Source of the DNA: Candidatus Kerfeldbacteria bacterium
GTDB lineage: Bacteria; Patescibacteriota; Patescibacteriia; SBBC01
Reading direction: 5' to 3'
Assembly (NCBI GenBank): GCA_043799405.1
Contig: JAZDNT010000003.1
Location: 15,461-79,460 of the forward strand
Length of the DNA stretch: 64,000 nt
Shown here: piece by piece, positions 63,141-64,000 of the stretch
How the letters are laid out: the number at the start of each line of letters is the position of its first letter
Numbering within the stretch: position 1 is the stretch's first letter
The notes under the pieces: model-generated
Told to the model about the DNA's origin: nothing
Seen by the model: only the letters and a program-made list of their open reading frames with translations
The model's database searches: none
Made by a program: the position numbers and the translations under genes

Positions 63141-63971
63141 TTAGAGGTAGGAATCCTTATCGGTAAGATCAAGGATGGGGAATATCGTTGCTTCCGATGA
63201 GGTGGGGAGTGTCGAAAGCCACGAGACCTCGATGGTTCGCTCTTCGAGTGGTTTAAACCGCTCGACAATGACGTCACTGACGGCAACGACCGCTCCCTCT
63301 GCTTTTAAAATCACTCCGAAGCGCACGGACCGGAACGAGTACACCGACTTGTTCTGTACGGTTGCGGTGAGCCTTGTCGCAGTAACATCCGACGCAAGTC
63401 CTGTAATCGGTCGGATGGATACGTTACTAACGGGAAAGGAAACATCGCTGGTGTACCGCTGTAAATCGTCCGGCCGCTGCCACTGTACATCAATGATCGT
63501 TACGCTCGGCGTTGCACCGGTTTCAGGCACCTTAAGAGCAACGTTGGCCTGCGTTAAGAAGCTCTCCGAACCCGGCCAGAGCGTCGTTATGTCATCTCGC
63601 GTTGTTTCACCGTAGGTAAAGTGGTACCTGACCTGCACCGCAGCCCAGTGCTCGTTGGAGTTCGTTACCGGTGCGACAAAATCGTACCGCCCATTACCGC
63701 GGTTCAGTACGACCGCGGTACCGGTCACGAGGTTCACCGGAGCAATAATCTTCTTTAGCGCAGGTGAGACCAGCGGTTGCGCCATTGCGCCGATGCCTTG
63801 AACCGTTTTCGTCATTCCGAACGAGTACGTAGCAAAAACGACGAAGAAGTACACGAGGAGTAGCGCATCACACACGAGGATCGCAATCGCCCACCAGGTA
63901 CGAAGCTGATCACGGTGCACAGCGAGCCAGTAGCCGAGTCGTAAGGAAATGTCGTCTTTTTGTTCAGCCAT
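63141..63971 (-). CDS. hypothetical membrane-anchored protein (276 aa)
   Basis: N-terminal TM WWAIAILVCDALLLVYFFVVFATY followed by a beta-rich extracytoplasmic part. Lies 3 nt from the SEDS gene. Confidence 0.5.
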   Translation of the reverse strand: MAEQKDDISLRLGYWLAVHRDQLRTWWAIAILVCDALLLVYFFVVFATYSFGMTKTVQGIGAMAQPLVSPALKKIIAPVNLVTGTAVVLNRGNGRYDFVAPVTNSNEHWAAVQVRYHFTYGETTRDDITTLWPGSESFLTQANVALKVPETGATPSVTIIDVQWQRPDDLQRYTSDVSFPVSNVSIRPITGLASDVTATRLTATVQNKSVYSFRSVRFGVILKAEGAVVAVSDVIVERFKPLEERTIEVSWLSTLPTSSEATIFPILDLTDKDSYL

Positions 63972-64000
63972 TACTCCGAGTGTAGCATAGGGCGTCCAGT

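Noticed and set aside
1-64000. UGA stop-codon reassignment (as in some CPR lineages)
   Set aside because: Conserved proteins terminate at TGA at their expected lengths. Examples are the ATGA overlaps proS/ORF141, hydrolase/tsaB, prfA/prmC and rpsB/tsf. No conserved gene needs read-through, so the standard code fits.

Overview
This is a chromosomal window from a small-genome bacterium. The gene content looks like Candidate Phyla Radiation/Patescibacteria: an INS-less ProRS, a short TsaB, an archaeal-type UMP kinase, many ATGA start/stop overlaps, giant surface proteins and a 23S-IVS-type four-helix-bundle gene. That assignment is my inference from gene content, not a database result.

Gene order, left to right:
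- truncated Rhs-like secreted protein
- TrmB-family regulator
- proS
- dcw-type cluster on the minus strand (mraZ-rsmH-ftsL-ftsI-murF)
- tsaB and an alpha/beta-hydrolase-NUDIX fusion
- two secreted proteins sharing a C-terminal domain
- DNA-damage neighbourhood: dinB, three small same-strand ORFs, an HhH-GPD glycosylase, lexA and a truncated Y-family polymerase fragment
- EamA transporter
- rplJ-rplL, pyrH-like, mltG, manC-like, pcm
- about 12 kb sortase/LAxTG surface-protein locus, including a 2322-aa repeat adhesin
- PAP2-like protein, GH1 beta-glucosidase, inositol-3-phosphate synthase
- pilT, nth, dedA-like, rarA, uppS
- tRNA array with rpmG and a four-helix-bundle gene inside it
- TPR protein, tsf, rpsB
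- rpmE-prfA-prmC
- DUF3048-like protein, rplY, a SEDS protein

The most unusual signal is the tRNA array at 52286-54527 on the minus strand. Each of the five complete tRNAs (Pro-CGG, Trp-CCA, Thr-UGU, Tyr-GUA, Thr-GGU) sits inside a second, interrupted tRNA-like gene of the same identity. Each is bracketed by long leader/trailer helices. The insertions share a CCCGCC...GGCGGG boundary. I know of no described bacterial tRNA intron class that matches this.

Secondary observations:
- a GC-rich palindromic repeat family, one copy apparently in frame inside dinB
- an exact 16-mer shared by the lexA and downstream promoter regions
- a cassette-like array of small ORFs with conserved leaders
- MraZ-box-like 10-nt periodic repeats
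- duplicated promoter/leader modules in front of the surface-protein genes

All coordinates and folds were worked out by eye from the sequence. Nothing was run.
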